From contig ML992543.1 of NCBI GenBank assembly GCA_010093995.1, forward strand, positions 1-38,182: DNA of 38,182 bases, written 5' to 3'. This document shows positions 1 to 11,752 of this stretch, in pieces. A model generated the notes under the pieces. The model was not told the DNA's origin, ran no database searches, and saw only the letters and a program-made list of their open reading frames with translations. Each line of letters starts with the position of its first letter. The stretch's first letter is position 1. The DNA comes from Elsinoe ampelina (lineage: Eukaryota). Both the position numbers and the translations under genes were made by a program.

Positions 1-80
1 ATTGAAAGCAGGAAAGTAGAAAAACGTAGTTCTAATTCACTTCTAAGTACTTCTAAGTAAAAAAACCTCTAGGTCTATTT

Positions 81-110
81 CTAATGCAATCTAATGTAAT
101 CTAATGCAAT
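81..110 (+). repeat. 3x 10-bp tandem repeat CTAATGYAAT
   Basis: ctaatgcaat ctaatgtaat ctaatgcaat read directly. Confidence 0.8.
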
Positions 111-1513
111 TCCCTACGAAAAGTGTTTTCGTGACGTCTACTAGCCGTTTAACTATACTACGTAAACTAGATAGCTCTCTATTCGCTCTAATTCTCTCTA
201 CTAAAGTAGTATACTTCTCTTAGAAGTATACTATAATAGTATAGTTAGTATCTATTTCTATATTACGCTAGCTAATATAGTAACGAACGCCTCGAGATCT
301 ACTCCTCCCTCTAGTAGTACTCGCTAAGCTATTACGACTAATACTAGCGCTAGTCTCTATCTCTCTACTAGTACTACTACTAGTAGTAGATTCTATAATA
401 GTAGTAGTAGTATTAGTACCTTTAGCCTTCTTCTTCTCCTTCTTCTTTCCCTTATTATCTAACTAGTCCTCCTCGATCTAGTATAGGCCTTAGCGAGTAG
501 AAAGAGATATTAACTAGCGATTAAGATAAGTTACTTTAGCCTTAGTATTATTCTTCTCTACGCCCTTTAGCTTTTACTTATATAGCTCCTAAACCTCCTT
601 AATAAAGAAGTCTATCTATAGCTTTAAATCTAATATATTCTCTAAACTACTTAGATTATTATAATAGTACTACTTCTACTTCTTATACTAAGTACTAATC
701 TAGCCTTTAAAGGTATATATAAGGTAAGTATAATTCTTACTAGTCTTCTACCTCTAATTACTCCTTAGCTTCTTAAACTAAGCTAATAGAGGCTTACTCT
801 TTATAAGCGCTAGTCTAATCTCTTATACTATTACTAAGATTATCTTCTTCTAGGCCTCTAGCTAGTAAGTACTTAGCTTAGTACTAATACTTACCTTCTT
901 CTCCTTCTCTACTACTAGCGCTATAGCCTTCTACTTCTGCTTCTTCTTTAGTAGTGTCTCCTTTACTAGCTACTTCTACTTCTTTAAGATAATAGTAACC
1001 TCCTTCTCTTCCTTATTAGCCTTAGTATTCTTTTCCTCTAATACTACTAAGTCTACTACCTATAATAAATCCTAGTATACTACTAGTAGTATATATAAAC
1101 TTAAGGCTACTACTAGCAGCGTAGTAGGCTAAGTAATCTATATAGCTAGTAATAGTATTAGCTATAGAGGGAGCTATATTAATAAAGGTACTAGCGAGGC
1201 TAGTACTATCTACTCGAGTAGTTATAAGGCTTAAGGTTAGTACTAGAGAGGTAGTAGCTACGACAACTATACGCTACTATAACTACTATAGTAAGGGGAC
1301 AGTAGAGGCTATAATAATAGCTATAAATAAGGCTATAATTGCTAGTATCTAGCTAGATATTAGTACTACTATAAGTGCTCTATTTTACGTTACTTAGAGA
1401 GGTATAATAGCAAAATTTAATAATGCTAGCCTTAGAGGATAAAAGGTTGTCTAGATAGCCTTCTACTAACTCTAGCCTCTAGCCTCTTTAGTATATACTA
1501 TACCTCTTCTAAC

Positions 1514-1555
1514 AGCTAAATAGTTTATTTAGGTGCCTAAATAAACTATTTAGCT
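1514..1555. repeat. Perfect 20-bp inverted repeat with 2-nt spacer
   Basis: agctaaatagtttatttagg-tg-cctaaataaactatttagct; the arms are exact reverse complements. Confidence 0.95.
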
Positions 1556-2421
1556 CCTTTTACAGTTTAATAGCGTTATCTACTATTATCGATAGCGTGT
1601 CGACGGTTATTTAACAGTAGAGGATAGTTTCACGCTATTTCGCCGGAAGGAGGAGTGATAGCCCTTGGCTGAACAGACTGAACAGCTGCTAAAACCACCT
1701 ATTTACCGGGTCATCATTGTGCGGAGACATGCACGATTCAAAATGACTCTGCATCCAATCTAACAAGTGCACCTCCGAAGAAGCTTAATTTGCATGGTCG
1801 AGGAGGTGCCAATACTCCGTGAGGGACCGCGATCCCCCGAGGTTCCAGCCCCAGAGTTTGTGGGATTGCGACTCAGGTCACTCGGTGGCAGCTTCGAGCT
1901 TGAAGCTCTTGCGGGCGAGCCTGAATAAACAACACTCGAAGCGATATCAACACCGAGCCCTTTATCGCAGCGTCGTGCGACAAATATACCCAGCACTGAT
2001 CATGGATTGATCTGTCAATTTATCCGTCCTTAGCGTTCCTGGCGATATTCACTACTCCGGCTGTCAATCGTCTACCCATGAATCATTGTCCATAGAGACC
2101 AATGATCTTGCGCCGCTTTTCCGACCACTAGTCCTTGGATCCGCTGAAAGATATCAACTCGTCGTCCCTGTACCTGTTCGACCACACTATTCCCTTGACC
2201 ACGCCCAGCCCCCGAGGGCTGCCACGCTGCTCATCTTGCCTGGCGTCTGGGGTCCAAGGTAGATCATCCCCTCGCACACTTCCCTCGTGCGGCATGGGCA
2301 GAAGACTCGCTCACACACAACATCCTATTAAATCGTCTCCACCACTTTTTTTCTGCCTTTGTACTCTGCGGCCGAATGACTCCATGCGACAACTCAGGGA
2401 ATTCTCGGGCCGTCTTCCGAT

Positions 2422-5355
2422 ATGAGTTTCCAGCAGGATCGAGAGGCGAACCCTGCGAATCAGGCACGAAAGATCCGCTTCATCACAAATCAAGGAGCAC
2501 CACACCCGAAAAGACGTAGGGTCACAGCTGCCTGTCTGACTTGTCGGAGAAGGAAGATTGCTTGTTCTGGTGAACAGCCATTCTGTAACACCTGTAGGAA
2601 CAACAAAGTCGACTGCGCTGGCTTTGGCAAATCCACCGGGGATGAGATCAAACGTCCTTCTGGGGCAGAGTCCTCTTCTAGGTCTACCACGTCGCATGAA
2701 TTACAAGCTTCTCGCACGTCCTTCAATGGCTCCGCAGATGCACAAACCAAGACGAATCGACGGCTGGAGGCAAGCGAATCGAGTATTGACGACAGTAACA
2801 AGCCAGAGTCGACATTGTTCTCTGCCACTCGCAACCGCATGCCCTACTTTCGATGGCTAGGTCCCACAGCTATCATGCCAGGCTTCAAGCAGATGGTCGT
2901 CAAGGTCAACCGCCACGGGACCGGTGCCGCATCCTCCACCGACGAGAACATCATGTCACCAAACATGAGTACTTTCATGCTTGGAACGAGCCAAAAGTCG
3001 GGTAGTTTCTCGACAACACCCCTGCCCGTCGAATCCGACTTGAGGACTCCGCTGGCTTTGCCTTTCTACGATTCATCAGCCATGCCGCCAAGTGAATTGA
3101 TCACGCACCTTTGCGAGACCTTCTTCACTCATCTCGGTTGCAACTTTCCGTTCCTGCAGAAGGAGCGCTTCCTCAAGGATCTCGAAGGCAAACAGGTCGA
3201 CGCCATCCTGGTGGACTCTGTGTGTGCCATGGCTGCGAGATTCTCCACGCATCCACTCCTCGTTCAACAAGCTGACGACCAAGGCAAGGCTGCTCCCTGC
3301 GAGTATGGCAAAACATTTGCTGAACGTGCCAAGAATGCTCTTGTTGACACTTATGCTGTACCCAGCGTCGCCGCAGTGCAGGCAGCCCTCCTGCTCGCTT
3401 ACAACGAATTTGGAGAAAGCAGAGACAGCGGTCTGTGGATGTATCTGGGCATTTCCATACGCATGGCTCAGGACCTTGGCCTTCAGAAACTGCAAGGCCT
3501 TCGATATGAAGGACGAGATGGACCGACTCCAAGGATGGTCAAGCAAGGTCTCGACAAGGACATTTCACGGACCAAACCCGTATCTCCTAAGCACAAGGAC
3601 ACAAGCGATGAAGCTGAGCTCCGAGCTGTCGAGCGCGAGCGCGTTGACACCTTCTGGGCTGTTTTCTTCCTCGACCGCGTCGTCTCATCAGGGGTCGGTC
3701 GTCGCAGTACGCTGAGGGACAATGCAATCGAGCTGTCTTTTCCGGCCTTGAGGAGTAGTGACGGCGACGACGAATACCCTTCGCCCTTCCCTGCACTGAT
3801 TCGCATTGTCCATCTCTACGGCCGGGTCGCCGACCTTCTCAACTCTGTCAAAGAGCCAGGGGATATCACACCGGACACCGGGAAGCGACTTGCAGACATG
3901 GAAGCTCGTGTCACAGACTTTTACCAAAGTCTAGCCGAGCGATTACATTTCGAAGCTATGAACTTCCATCATTACGTCAAAGCCGGCGAAGGCACGAACT
4001 TTGTTCTGCTGCATTTCTGGTTTCACACTTTGGTCATTCTCTTGCACAATCCGACACTGCTAAAGACCTTTGAAGGAAGGATGCTCCAGCTCTTCCCCAA
4101 CAGTCAACAGCTTTCCATGTCCTCTGCGAAAACGATTGCCGATATACTCTCTTACTCCCAACTAATCGATGCAAAGGCGAGTCTTGGAAACCCCTTCACA
4201 ACCCAGCCTATCTATATCGCGGCCTGCGCATTTCTCAAAGAGACCGCAGATAGGACAGCAACCTCATCGGATCAGTCAAGGGCTCCCTCCCGCGAAGGCT
4301 CAAAGTCACACACGCCAGTCAAAGTCGGCTCTGCGGCCACCGAAAGCACTGCAGCCAATGATCCAGATACCGTCGAAGGGGCTTCCAAGAAGAATGACGC
4401 CCCGAAAGTTCCTGTTCCTTCTGCCGTCGCATTGGAAAAGTCTTTGGCTAAGCATACGCTTCTCGTCAAGCGGGCGAACCAGGATTACCAGCTATGCTAC
4501 CACGCATTGGAATCTATAGAGACGTACTGGTCTGGCACAAAGTATATCCTGACTGTTCTTGATCAAAAGTACAAAGGTGTTGGCGATCCTCTACTGTACA
4601 CGGCTGAAGAAGGTGAGTGCTCACTCGAGCAACCCGCACCTGAACCAGCCTTCACCTCACCGGGCTGGCGGCGGAAAATCAGCTGGGCACCTTCTGGACT
4701 GAACAGGCAAGAGGTTTTCAAGCCGCCGACTCTCGGAAACGATATCAAAGACCCAGGCTCCGCAATCGGTTGGACATTGACAGGTGACCTGAACTCTACC
4801 AACACCAATCTTGCTTGGCATTACCCGACTCGATCACCTCGCAAGATCAGCGCGCCAGAACCCGCATCTAACACAGCTGGCGAAGGATACAAATCTGGTG
4901 CTCAACATGTGTTTTCCGCCGCGAGTGACATCAATCATAATCGATCAGCTAGCTCTGGTAGTCTGCCTAGACCTTCGCTGTCTAACCAGCATTCCTACCG
5001 ATCGTCGTTCGGCATGTCCCCTAAGATCGATGGGCCATTGTCTATGACTTCGCCATTTTCGATGACAGGGGCATCCCCCATGTCCTATCCCGGCAGTCAG
5101 CCCATGCAATATACGTCCAATCCTGGATACGCTATGGCTGGAAGCTCTGGTCACGGACATGGATATCCGACCACAAACACGGCTCAATTTGGCGACATCA
5201 TGATCGAAAGCCAAGACGTTGATATGAGCGTGCTCGGAATGGACATGCTTTCGTGGCTGGATCCCGGTCAGGCTGATCTGATGAACATGTTTGACCCGAA
5301 TGAGATGGGCATGGGCACCATGCAGCCCCCTCCAACTACACAACCACCTCGATGA
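2422..5355 (+). CDS. Zn(II)2Cys6 fungal transcription factor with fungal-specific TF middle-homology domain (977 aa, apparently single exon)
   Basis: ACLTCRRRKIACSGEQPFCNTCRNNKVDC fits CX2CX6CX6CX2CX6C. Middle-domain motifs FFTHLGCNFPFL, WMYLGISIRMAQDLGL and RVDTFWAVFFLDR are present. The C-terminus is acidic/hydrophobic. Confidence 0.95.
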   Translation: MSFQQDREANPANQARKIRFITNQGAPHPKRRRVTAACLTCRRRKIACSGEQPFCNTCRNNKVDCAGFGKSTGDEIKRPSGAESSSRSTTSHELQASRTSFNGSADAQTKTNRRLEASESSIDDSNKPESTLFSATRNRMPYFRWLGPTAIMPGFKQMVVKVNRHGTGAASSTDENIMSPNMSTFMLGTSQKSGSFSTTPLPVESDLRTPLALPFYDSSAMPPSELITHLCETFFTHLGCNFPFLQKERFLKDLEGKQVDAILVDSVCAMAARFSTHPLLVQQADDQGKAAPCEYGKTFAERAKNALVDTYAVPSVAAVQAALLLAYNEFGESRDSGLWMYLGISIRMAQDLGLQKLQGLRYEGRDGPTPRMVKQGLDKDISRTKPVSPKHKDTSDEAELRAVERERVDTFWAVFFLDRVVSSGVGRRSTLRDNAIELSFPALRSSDGDDEYPSPFPALIRIVHLYGRVADLLNSVKEPGDITPDTGKRLADMEARVTDFYQSLAERLHFEAMNFHHYVKAGEGTNFVLLHFWFHTLVILLHNPTLLKTFEGRMLQLFPNSQQLSMSSAKTIADILSYSQLIDAKASLGNPFTTQPIYIAACAFLKETADRTATSSDQSRAPSREGSKSHTPVKVGSAATESTAANDPDTVEGASKKNDAPKVPVPSAVALEKSLAKHTLLVKRANQDYQLCYHALESIETYWSGTKYILTVLDQKYKGVGDPLLYTAEEGECSLEQPAPEPAFTSPGWRRKISWAPSGLNRQEVFKPPTLGNDIKDPGSAIGWTLTGDLNSTNTNLAWHYPTRSPRKISAPEPASNTAGEGYKSGAQHVFSAASDINHNRSASSGSLPRPSLSNQHSYRSSFGMSPKIDGPLSMTSPFSMTGASPMSYPGSQPMQYTSNPGYAMAGSSGHGHGYPTTNTAQFGDIMIESQDVDMSVLGMDMLSWLDPGQADLMNMFDPNEMGMGTMQPPPTTQPPR

Positions 5356-5715
5356 TCTTTGGGAGTTGGAACGTGATAGTATTGGTGTATTCTAGTGGGC
5401 TCTCTGTTACTAGCGCTGGCGCTGACGGACTCGAAAAGTTGTTTCTCATGATATCCAGGGAACGGTAGCATGATTAGTTATGCTGTACAAATGTATCAAA
5501 TGCAAATTTGGTTTCATGGAAAGACTTTGTCATGTATTAACCTTATGATTAAGAGTATCAAATACAATACAATACGTCGCTGTCTCCTCCGCAAAAGCTT
5601 CCCCTCTACCGAGCCGCTCTGCGGAGCACGTCAAGCCGACCACTTCAGCCTTTTGTTATGACGATTATGTCCAGCGCATGTGAAGATCACGCATGCCGCT
5701 GTCGAGACGACCACC

Positions 5716-7362
5716 ATGAAAGTCACCAGGTTTCTGCCCGTCCGGGCCAAGCTCCATTCACCGGGCTGCACCCCCGAACAAAGACGGCTCTTCCACGACT
5801 ACTTCGTCACGCACCTCCCCTCGTCCTCTCTCCACCCGGATCGGTCTCCAGTCGGTCCTCATCACAAGCTTCCTCGTGCGGACAGCTCACCTCACCAACC
5901 CGGTGAGGGGCAGCGATCACCCAGTGCCCTGCCCAGTGTTGGAGCATCGGTCGGTCCCTCGAGAGAGACGACCGTGGTACGAATACCACTCAAGTCGGCC
6001 AAACATCACTTTGGCGGAGTCACAGTCCGCGGAAGCAGACCTTACAACGAAGACACATACCAAGCAGGCTGTATAGAAGTGCCAGCGTTCGCAAAGAGAC
6101 AGCCATTGAGCATATCACGGAGACAAGCTGGACAATTCGACCCCAACAAGCAAGGACAAAGCGCCAGTGGGGACCCACAAGTATTCTACTTTGGAGTGTT
6201 CGACGGTCATGGAGGAGAGGAGTGCTCGATATTCCTGCGGGACAGGCTACATGGATACGTCGAGGACGCGGCTGAGAAGTTTGGGATGAAGAGCTCGATA
6301 CAGACGCAAGACAACATCGTGGGCTCACAGGATGCTATCGACAATGACCGGGTAAAGAGAGGAGTGGAGCTGCAGCGGTGGGTGGTGAACTCTTGGAAGG
6401 AGCTGGTCGGAGGATACTTCAAGCGGTTCAGGCCGGAGTATTTCACGGCGTTGCAGAAGGGAGGATCTGCCGCGCAAACTCCTGCAGAAGGGGAGGGACC
6501 GAGCGATCCACTGTCTATGGAAGCCATGCTTACCTTTGCATTTTTGAATGCGGATCTGGACTTTACGAGAGCGCAGGCGCAGAAGACGACGAATGCGCCT
6601 ACTTCGGAGATTCCGGTGCTGGATGACAGACCGATCAATGAGACTGATGTGCTGTCTCATCCGCAGAGACCGGCTAGTCAGAACCTTACAACGATGCTCA
6701 CTGCGCCGATTGGGGGTTCGAAGCGGTTCAAGGGCGGATCGACTGGATCGATTGCCATGGTTTCCACGCCTACACCGATGCCGTTCTGGAATCCGGCATC
6801 ACCTTCGACTGTTGTTGTGGCGCATGTTGGAGACACGCGAATACTGCTTTGCAAGTCATCGGACGGAGTGGCGGTACCATTGACGGCGAATCACCATCCA
6901 TCGACACCGGTGGAGGCTACACGATTAAGAAGATATGCGGCATCGTTCGTCACGGATAGCTTCGGCGAAGAGCGCATGCAAGGGCTAGCCAACACAAGAT
7001 CGTTCGGCGATATTTCGTCAAAACGATTAGGCGTCAGCGCAGAACCACAAATCACGACTGTACAGCTATCACCGGGAGAGTTTAGTTTCATGGTGCTCAT
7101 GTCCGACGGGGTCAGCGCTGTCTTGTCGGACCAGGAGACTGTAGATATTGTAAAGGAAGCTAGGACGCCGGAACAGGCGTGCAAAGACGTGGTGGCGTTT
7201 GCCACAGAGGTCAGTGAAGACGCAGATAATGCAACATGTCTGGTTGTCAGACTTGGAGGGTGGGAGAGAAGAAGTGAGGGCGGCGGTGGTAGCTTGGGTA
7301 CAAAGGAGATGCGAGACTTTAAGAAGCGGGATGCAGAGAATCCGAGGTCAAGACGACAGTGA
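5716..7362 (+). CDS. PP2C-family protein phosphatase, Ptc6/Aup1-like, probably mitochondrial (548 aa)
   Basis: PP2C motifs RPYNED, FGVFDGHGG, VAHVGDTR, LANTRSFGD, LMSDGV and DNAT. The segment EATRLRRYAASFVTDSFGEER is typical of Ptc6-like proteins. The true ATG is taken as 5716 (CCACCATG context) rather than the GTG at 5680. The N-terminus is basic. Confidence 0.9.
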   Translation: MKVTRFLPVRAKLHSPGCTPEQRRLFHDYFVTHLPSSSLHPDRSPVGPHHKLPRADSSPHQPGEGQRSPSALPSVGASVGPSRETTVVRIPLKSAKHHFGGVTVRGSRPYNEDTYQAGCIEVPAFAKRQPLSISRRQAGQFDPNKQGQSASGDPQVFYFGVFDGHGGEECSIFLRDRLHGYVEDAAEKFGMKSSIQTQDNIVGSQDAIDNDRVKRGVELQRWVVNSWKELVGGYFKRFRPEYFTALQKGGSAAQTPAEGEGPSDPLSMEAMLTFAFLNADLDFTRAQAQKTTNAPTSEIPVLDDRPINETDVLSHPQRPASQNLTTMLTAPIGGSKRFKGGSTGSIAMVSTPTPMPFWNPASPSTVVVAHVGDTRILLCKSSDGVAVPLTANHHPSTPVEATRLRRYAASFVTDSFGEERMQGLANTRSFGDISSKRLGVSAEPQITTVQLSPGEFSFMVLMSDGVSAVLSDQETVDIVKEARTPEQACKDVVAFATEVSEDADNATCLVVRLGGWERRSEGGGGSLGTKEMRDFKKRDAENPRSRRQ

Positions 7363-7970
7363 TCCGTCGACCAGGAATGGGATCTTGGGATCTTCATCAG
7401 GCTCAGGAACAGATCCAGAAGTGTGACATGTGGGGGCACCTAGATGCTCAAGGCCAAACGACCGGGAAGCGGTGACGACAGAACTTGGCATTCCATGCCC
7501 TGAGTTTACTGGGTGTTCTCAGTACCACGGAAAGTGACGATAGTCTACAGAACAGCGTCCACTGGACGGTCAGGCACAACGGCTGGCCTGCATGTCGCTT
7601 GGAATAGATGCAGTTCACAAAGACCTTTTATTTTGACCGAAATAATTGTCGCAGCTGTCTCGACCGTCAAACGCCATCAATCCAATCCCCATCAGCGACA
7701 GCGGCCCAAAGCCCACTGAAATTATCATCTGTGCGGGTCTGCGTCGCTCAGATCGTTCTCGTTCTCTTTCCCCACCAAGCAACGCGACTCCTTGTCCTGT
7801 CCCGACTGACAACATACCGCTTTCTCACAACTTGAATTTTGTCACTCCTTATTTCTCCACTCCTCAACCTTCAGTCACTACTCAGCAGCTCATCACTGCT
7901 GGTCACGGCTAGTCTCAAAGCAGTTGGAGGGAGCAGGCACGCATAAACACAACTCCCCGAAGGCACCACC

Positions 7971-10871
7971 ATGGATGTAAATGCGGTGCTCGAAGGGACT
8001 CTGTCTCCAAGTGAGCCTCAACGAATATTGCTCCTTCAAGCCTTTCACTAATATCTTCCCAGATGCCGAGACCAGAAAGAGCGCCGAACAGCAGCTGAAC
8101 ACTGCCGCCGAAGCTGATTTCGTATGTTTCCCCCCTTGTGTCCTTTTCCCGAGATGCCTATACAGATTGCTGACACGCCCACGCGCAGGCCGGCTACCTC
8201 ACCCGCCTATCCCAAGAACTCGCAAACGACAGTGCACAATCTCAAGTCCGGATAGCCGCAGGTCTCGCGCTCAAAAACTCATTCTCCGCTCGCGAGTACA
8301 ACAGACTTCAACAGGTCCAACTAAGATGGATCGAGCAGGTCGACGTCGGGATCAAGCAAGAAGTGAAATCTCTGGCGCTCAAGACACTCTCCTCCAACGA
8401 TTCAAGAGCCGGACAGTCAGCTGCACAATTCATCGCTGCCATCGCAGCTATTGAGATACCCCGCAACCAGTGGCCGGAGCTCATGCCCAGCTTGGTTCAA
8501 AACGTCGGCAACGGTGCAGACCATCAAAAGCAGGCTTCCCTGACCACCATTGGTTTCATTTGCGAGACGGACGATATAGACCTCCGCGAGAAGTTGACGG
8601 AGCATTCCAACGCCATCCTTACAGCCGTGGTACAGGGTGCACGCAAAGAGGAGCCAAACCAAGATGTCCGAAATGCCGCCATCACTGCGCTTGGGGACTC
8701 GTTGGAGTTTGTCAGGAGCAACTTTGAGAACGAAGGAGAGCGCAATTACATTATGCAGGTCATTTGCGAGGCGACACAGGCACCAGACAACCACATCCAG
8801 CAGGGCGCGTATGGCTGCTTGAATAGGATTATGGGACTTTACTATGACAAGATGAGATTCTACATGGAGAAGGCACTTTTCGGTCTTACGATTCAAGGCA
8901 TGAAGAATGATGAAGAGGATGTCGCCAAGCTTGCTGTGGAGTTTTGGTGCACAGTCTGCGAGGAGGAGATCTCGATAGAGGATGACAACTCGCAGGTCAG
9001 TCAAGTGCGGCGAGGGCATTTTGAACCCTTCACTGATAGGTTACAGGCCCAAGCGGAAGGTTCCACAGAGATGAGGGAGTACTTCAACTTTGCTCGCGTG
9101 GCGACTCAAGAAGTTGTCCCTGTGCTTCTGGAACTTCTGGCTAAGCAGGACGAAGATGCCACTGACGACGAATACAACCTTTCCCGTGCGGCCTACCAGT
9201 GTCTTCAGCTCTGGTCTCAGGCCGTAGGCAGCACCGCAGTGCCAGCCGTCCTACAATTCGTCGAGAAGAACCTGCGCTCGGAAGACTGGCGCTACAGGGA
9301 TGCCGCTGTATCTGCTTTTGGCGCTATCATGGAGGGACCCGACGAGAAGGTCCTCGATCCACTTGTCAAGCAGGCTCTGCCAGTGCTTATCAGCATGATG
9401 GAAGATCCAGTCGTCCAGGTCAAGGACTCTGCAGCTTATGCCCTCGGCCGCATTTGCGAAGCCGTCTCCGACTCGATCGACCCACAAACACATCTCCAGC
9501 CCCTCATCAGCAGTCTTTTCACCGGTCTCTCAAGTCATCCCAGAATGGCATCTTCTTGCTGCTGGGCCTTGATGAACTTGGCTGATCGATTTGCGGGTGA
9601 ACCAGGGTGCCAGACAAACCCTCTGTCTCCACACTTCCAGGCCAGTGTTACGCATCTCTTGCAGGTCACCGAGTCGACTACAGACGGTTCTCTTCGCACT
9701 GCTGCTTACGAGGTTCTGAACGCTTTTGTTACGAATTCAGCTGTGGACAGCCTTCAATTCGTCGCCTCGCTTTCCGACGTCGTCCTCGGCCGCCTCGAGC
9801 AGACCATTCCCATGCAGCAACAGGTTGTGAGCGTCGAAGACCGTCTTCAGCTCGAAGATATCCAGACCAGCTTGACCAGCGTTGTCATGGCCATCATCCA
9901 AAGACTCGAGGCTGAGATCAAGCCGCAGTCTGACAGGATTATGAATTTGCTCCTGCAAATTCTCAGCACCGTAGGCGGCAAATCGTCAGTACCCGATACC
10001 GTCTTTGCTACCGTCGGCGCCCTGGCAAATGCGATCGAGGAGGACTTTGTCAAATACATGGACCCGTTCTCAAATTACCTCTACAACGCACTCGGCAACC
10101 AGGAAGAACCCGCCATCTGCGCCATGGCTATTGGACTTGTCAGCGATATCAGCAGAGCTCTGAACGAGAAGATCCAGCCATACTGTGATGCACTGATGAA
10201 CTACCTGCTTAACAACTTGCGAGTAAGTGCTCAACCACTTTACATGGCGGCTGAAATCGAGGTATTCTAACATGATTTTAGTCTGCAACTCTTGGCAACC
10301 AATTCAAACCGGCCATTCTCCAATGTTTCGGCGATATCGCTCAGGCTATCGGTGGCGCATTCGAGACTTATCTCTCGGTCGTCGCGCAGGTGCTCCAGCA
10401 AGCCGCATCCATTACCGTTCCTGACACATCGTACGACATGCTCGACTATGTTGTCAGTCTTCGTGAAGGTATCATGGATGCTTGGGGCGGCGCTATCATG
10501 GCCATGCGTTCCGGAAACAAGAGTGAGTCGACACCGAAAGCCACAGAAAGCATTACTGACGTTTCTCAGCAAATCTACTCCAGCCTTACGTCGAGTCCAT
10601 CTTCCAGCTCCTGCAGACAATCGCCCAAGACCACAACAAGTCCGAGGCCCTGCTCCGCGCCAGCATGGGTGTCATTGGCGACATCTCCGAGGCTTTCCCT
10701 AATGGCGAGTACAGCCAATACTTCCGTCAGGACTACCTCACTGCAATGGCTCGCGAGACTCGCAGCAACAAGGACTATTCACCACGTACGACGGAGACAG
10801 CTCGATGGGCTCGAGAGCAGATCAAACGCCAGACTGCCGCTCCTGCTGGCACTGGTGTGATGACGAACTAG
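7971..10871 (+). CDS. KAP95: Importin subunit beta-1; join(7971..8010,8063..8121,8189..8995,9047..10222,10282..10522,10570..10871), 874 aa
   Basis: The spliced product starts MDVNAVLEGTLSPNAETRKSAEQQL. It contains AAGLALKN, ERNYIMQVICE, AVEFWCTVCEEE, DWRYRDAAVSAFG and KPAILQCFGDIA. All five introns are GT-AG with branch-like sites and the frame is preserved. Confidence 0.95.
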
Positions 10872-11752
10872 ACGTGGACGCATCATGCCTGCACTGGTTG
10901 TAGAGGCCCCGGTGCCCTGACCAATGGTGCATAAAGGCTCCCCGCAAGGCAAGAAGGATGACCAGGTTCGCCAGTACCCGGACTGCGGTGTCTAAACGCA
11001 ACGTTCATCGGTCTGGTACGAGTGAGTGATAACGCAGAGGGCGTAATCGACCACAGCCATTTCAGAAACCCGGGACCCCTGCAACAATGTGGCGAGCTCC
11101 AGTTCCTCAATCGTCGCCTTAGGATAAGCACATCGTCACGTCCGGTGCCCCCAATGCCATCACGAGCACGAACTTCTACGACCCATCGTCACGAAGAAAA
11201 TATCCAACATTCAGCATCAAATTCAGCCGATAACAACATCGAGCTTACCACCACCAACAATACCCCCAACACCCGAGCACAACACCAGTAGACACAAAGT
11301 CAGTCCCCGATTTGCATGACCATGATTCAATCGCCGGTCGCACTGCCACCATCATAGCCCCAATCGATCGACACGGCTCACTCACGACATTTACACCCCG
11401 CATAGGCATTGGTTCTTTTTCCTCACAAGGCATGGCTCAGCATGGCGCCCTTGGGAAGAAGGAAGAGAGGCGCGGCTAGATAGATCTGTGGTGGAGGGAA
11501 TCGATCGCTTTGCCTTGCTTTCCATCCTCATGAATCTTTAAGGTGCAGCGACTCGTTCGCTATGTCATTTGTTGCCGTCCTTTATGTGCCTGTGAAGTAA
11601 TCGTCCCAGCCCACAATGTTTGACCTCGGCATACATCCCCGGACTTGACCCCAGACCTCACCCCGCACTTACCTTATCCAACCACATCCCGCTTGATACC
11701 CTCTATACTCAATTCTCCACCCTCATTCAACGCCCGATACACCACAGCCCCC

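Larger units (their letters stand above)
1..1640. mobile_element. RIP-mutated repeat/transposon relic (class unassignable), probably continuing left of the window
   Basis: Very AT-rich and saturated with TA/TAG/CTA, with near-absence of CA/TG, which is the expected product of RIP (CpA->TpA). The ORF track has no ORF here. Minus-strand codon-like remnants (e.g. AAG AAG AAG GAG AAG AAG AAG near 425-450) suggest former coding DNA. Composition returns sharply to normal at ~1640. Confidence 0.8.

Noticed and set aside
81..110. Short repeats as CRISPR or telomere array
   Set aside because: No spacers, only three units, not TTAGGG-like, and the context is eukaryotic.
8996..9046. Apparent 17-aa insertion in importin beta (VSQVRRGHFEPFTDRLQ)
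   Set aside because: It is a 51-nt stop-free intron (GTCAGT...ACTGAT...CAG); removing it gives the normal protein length.
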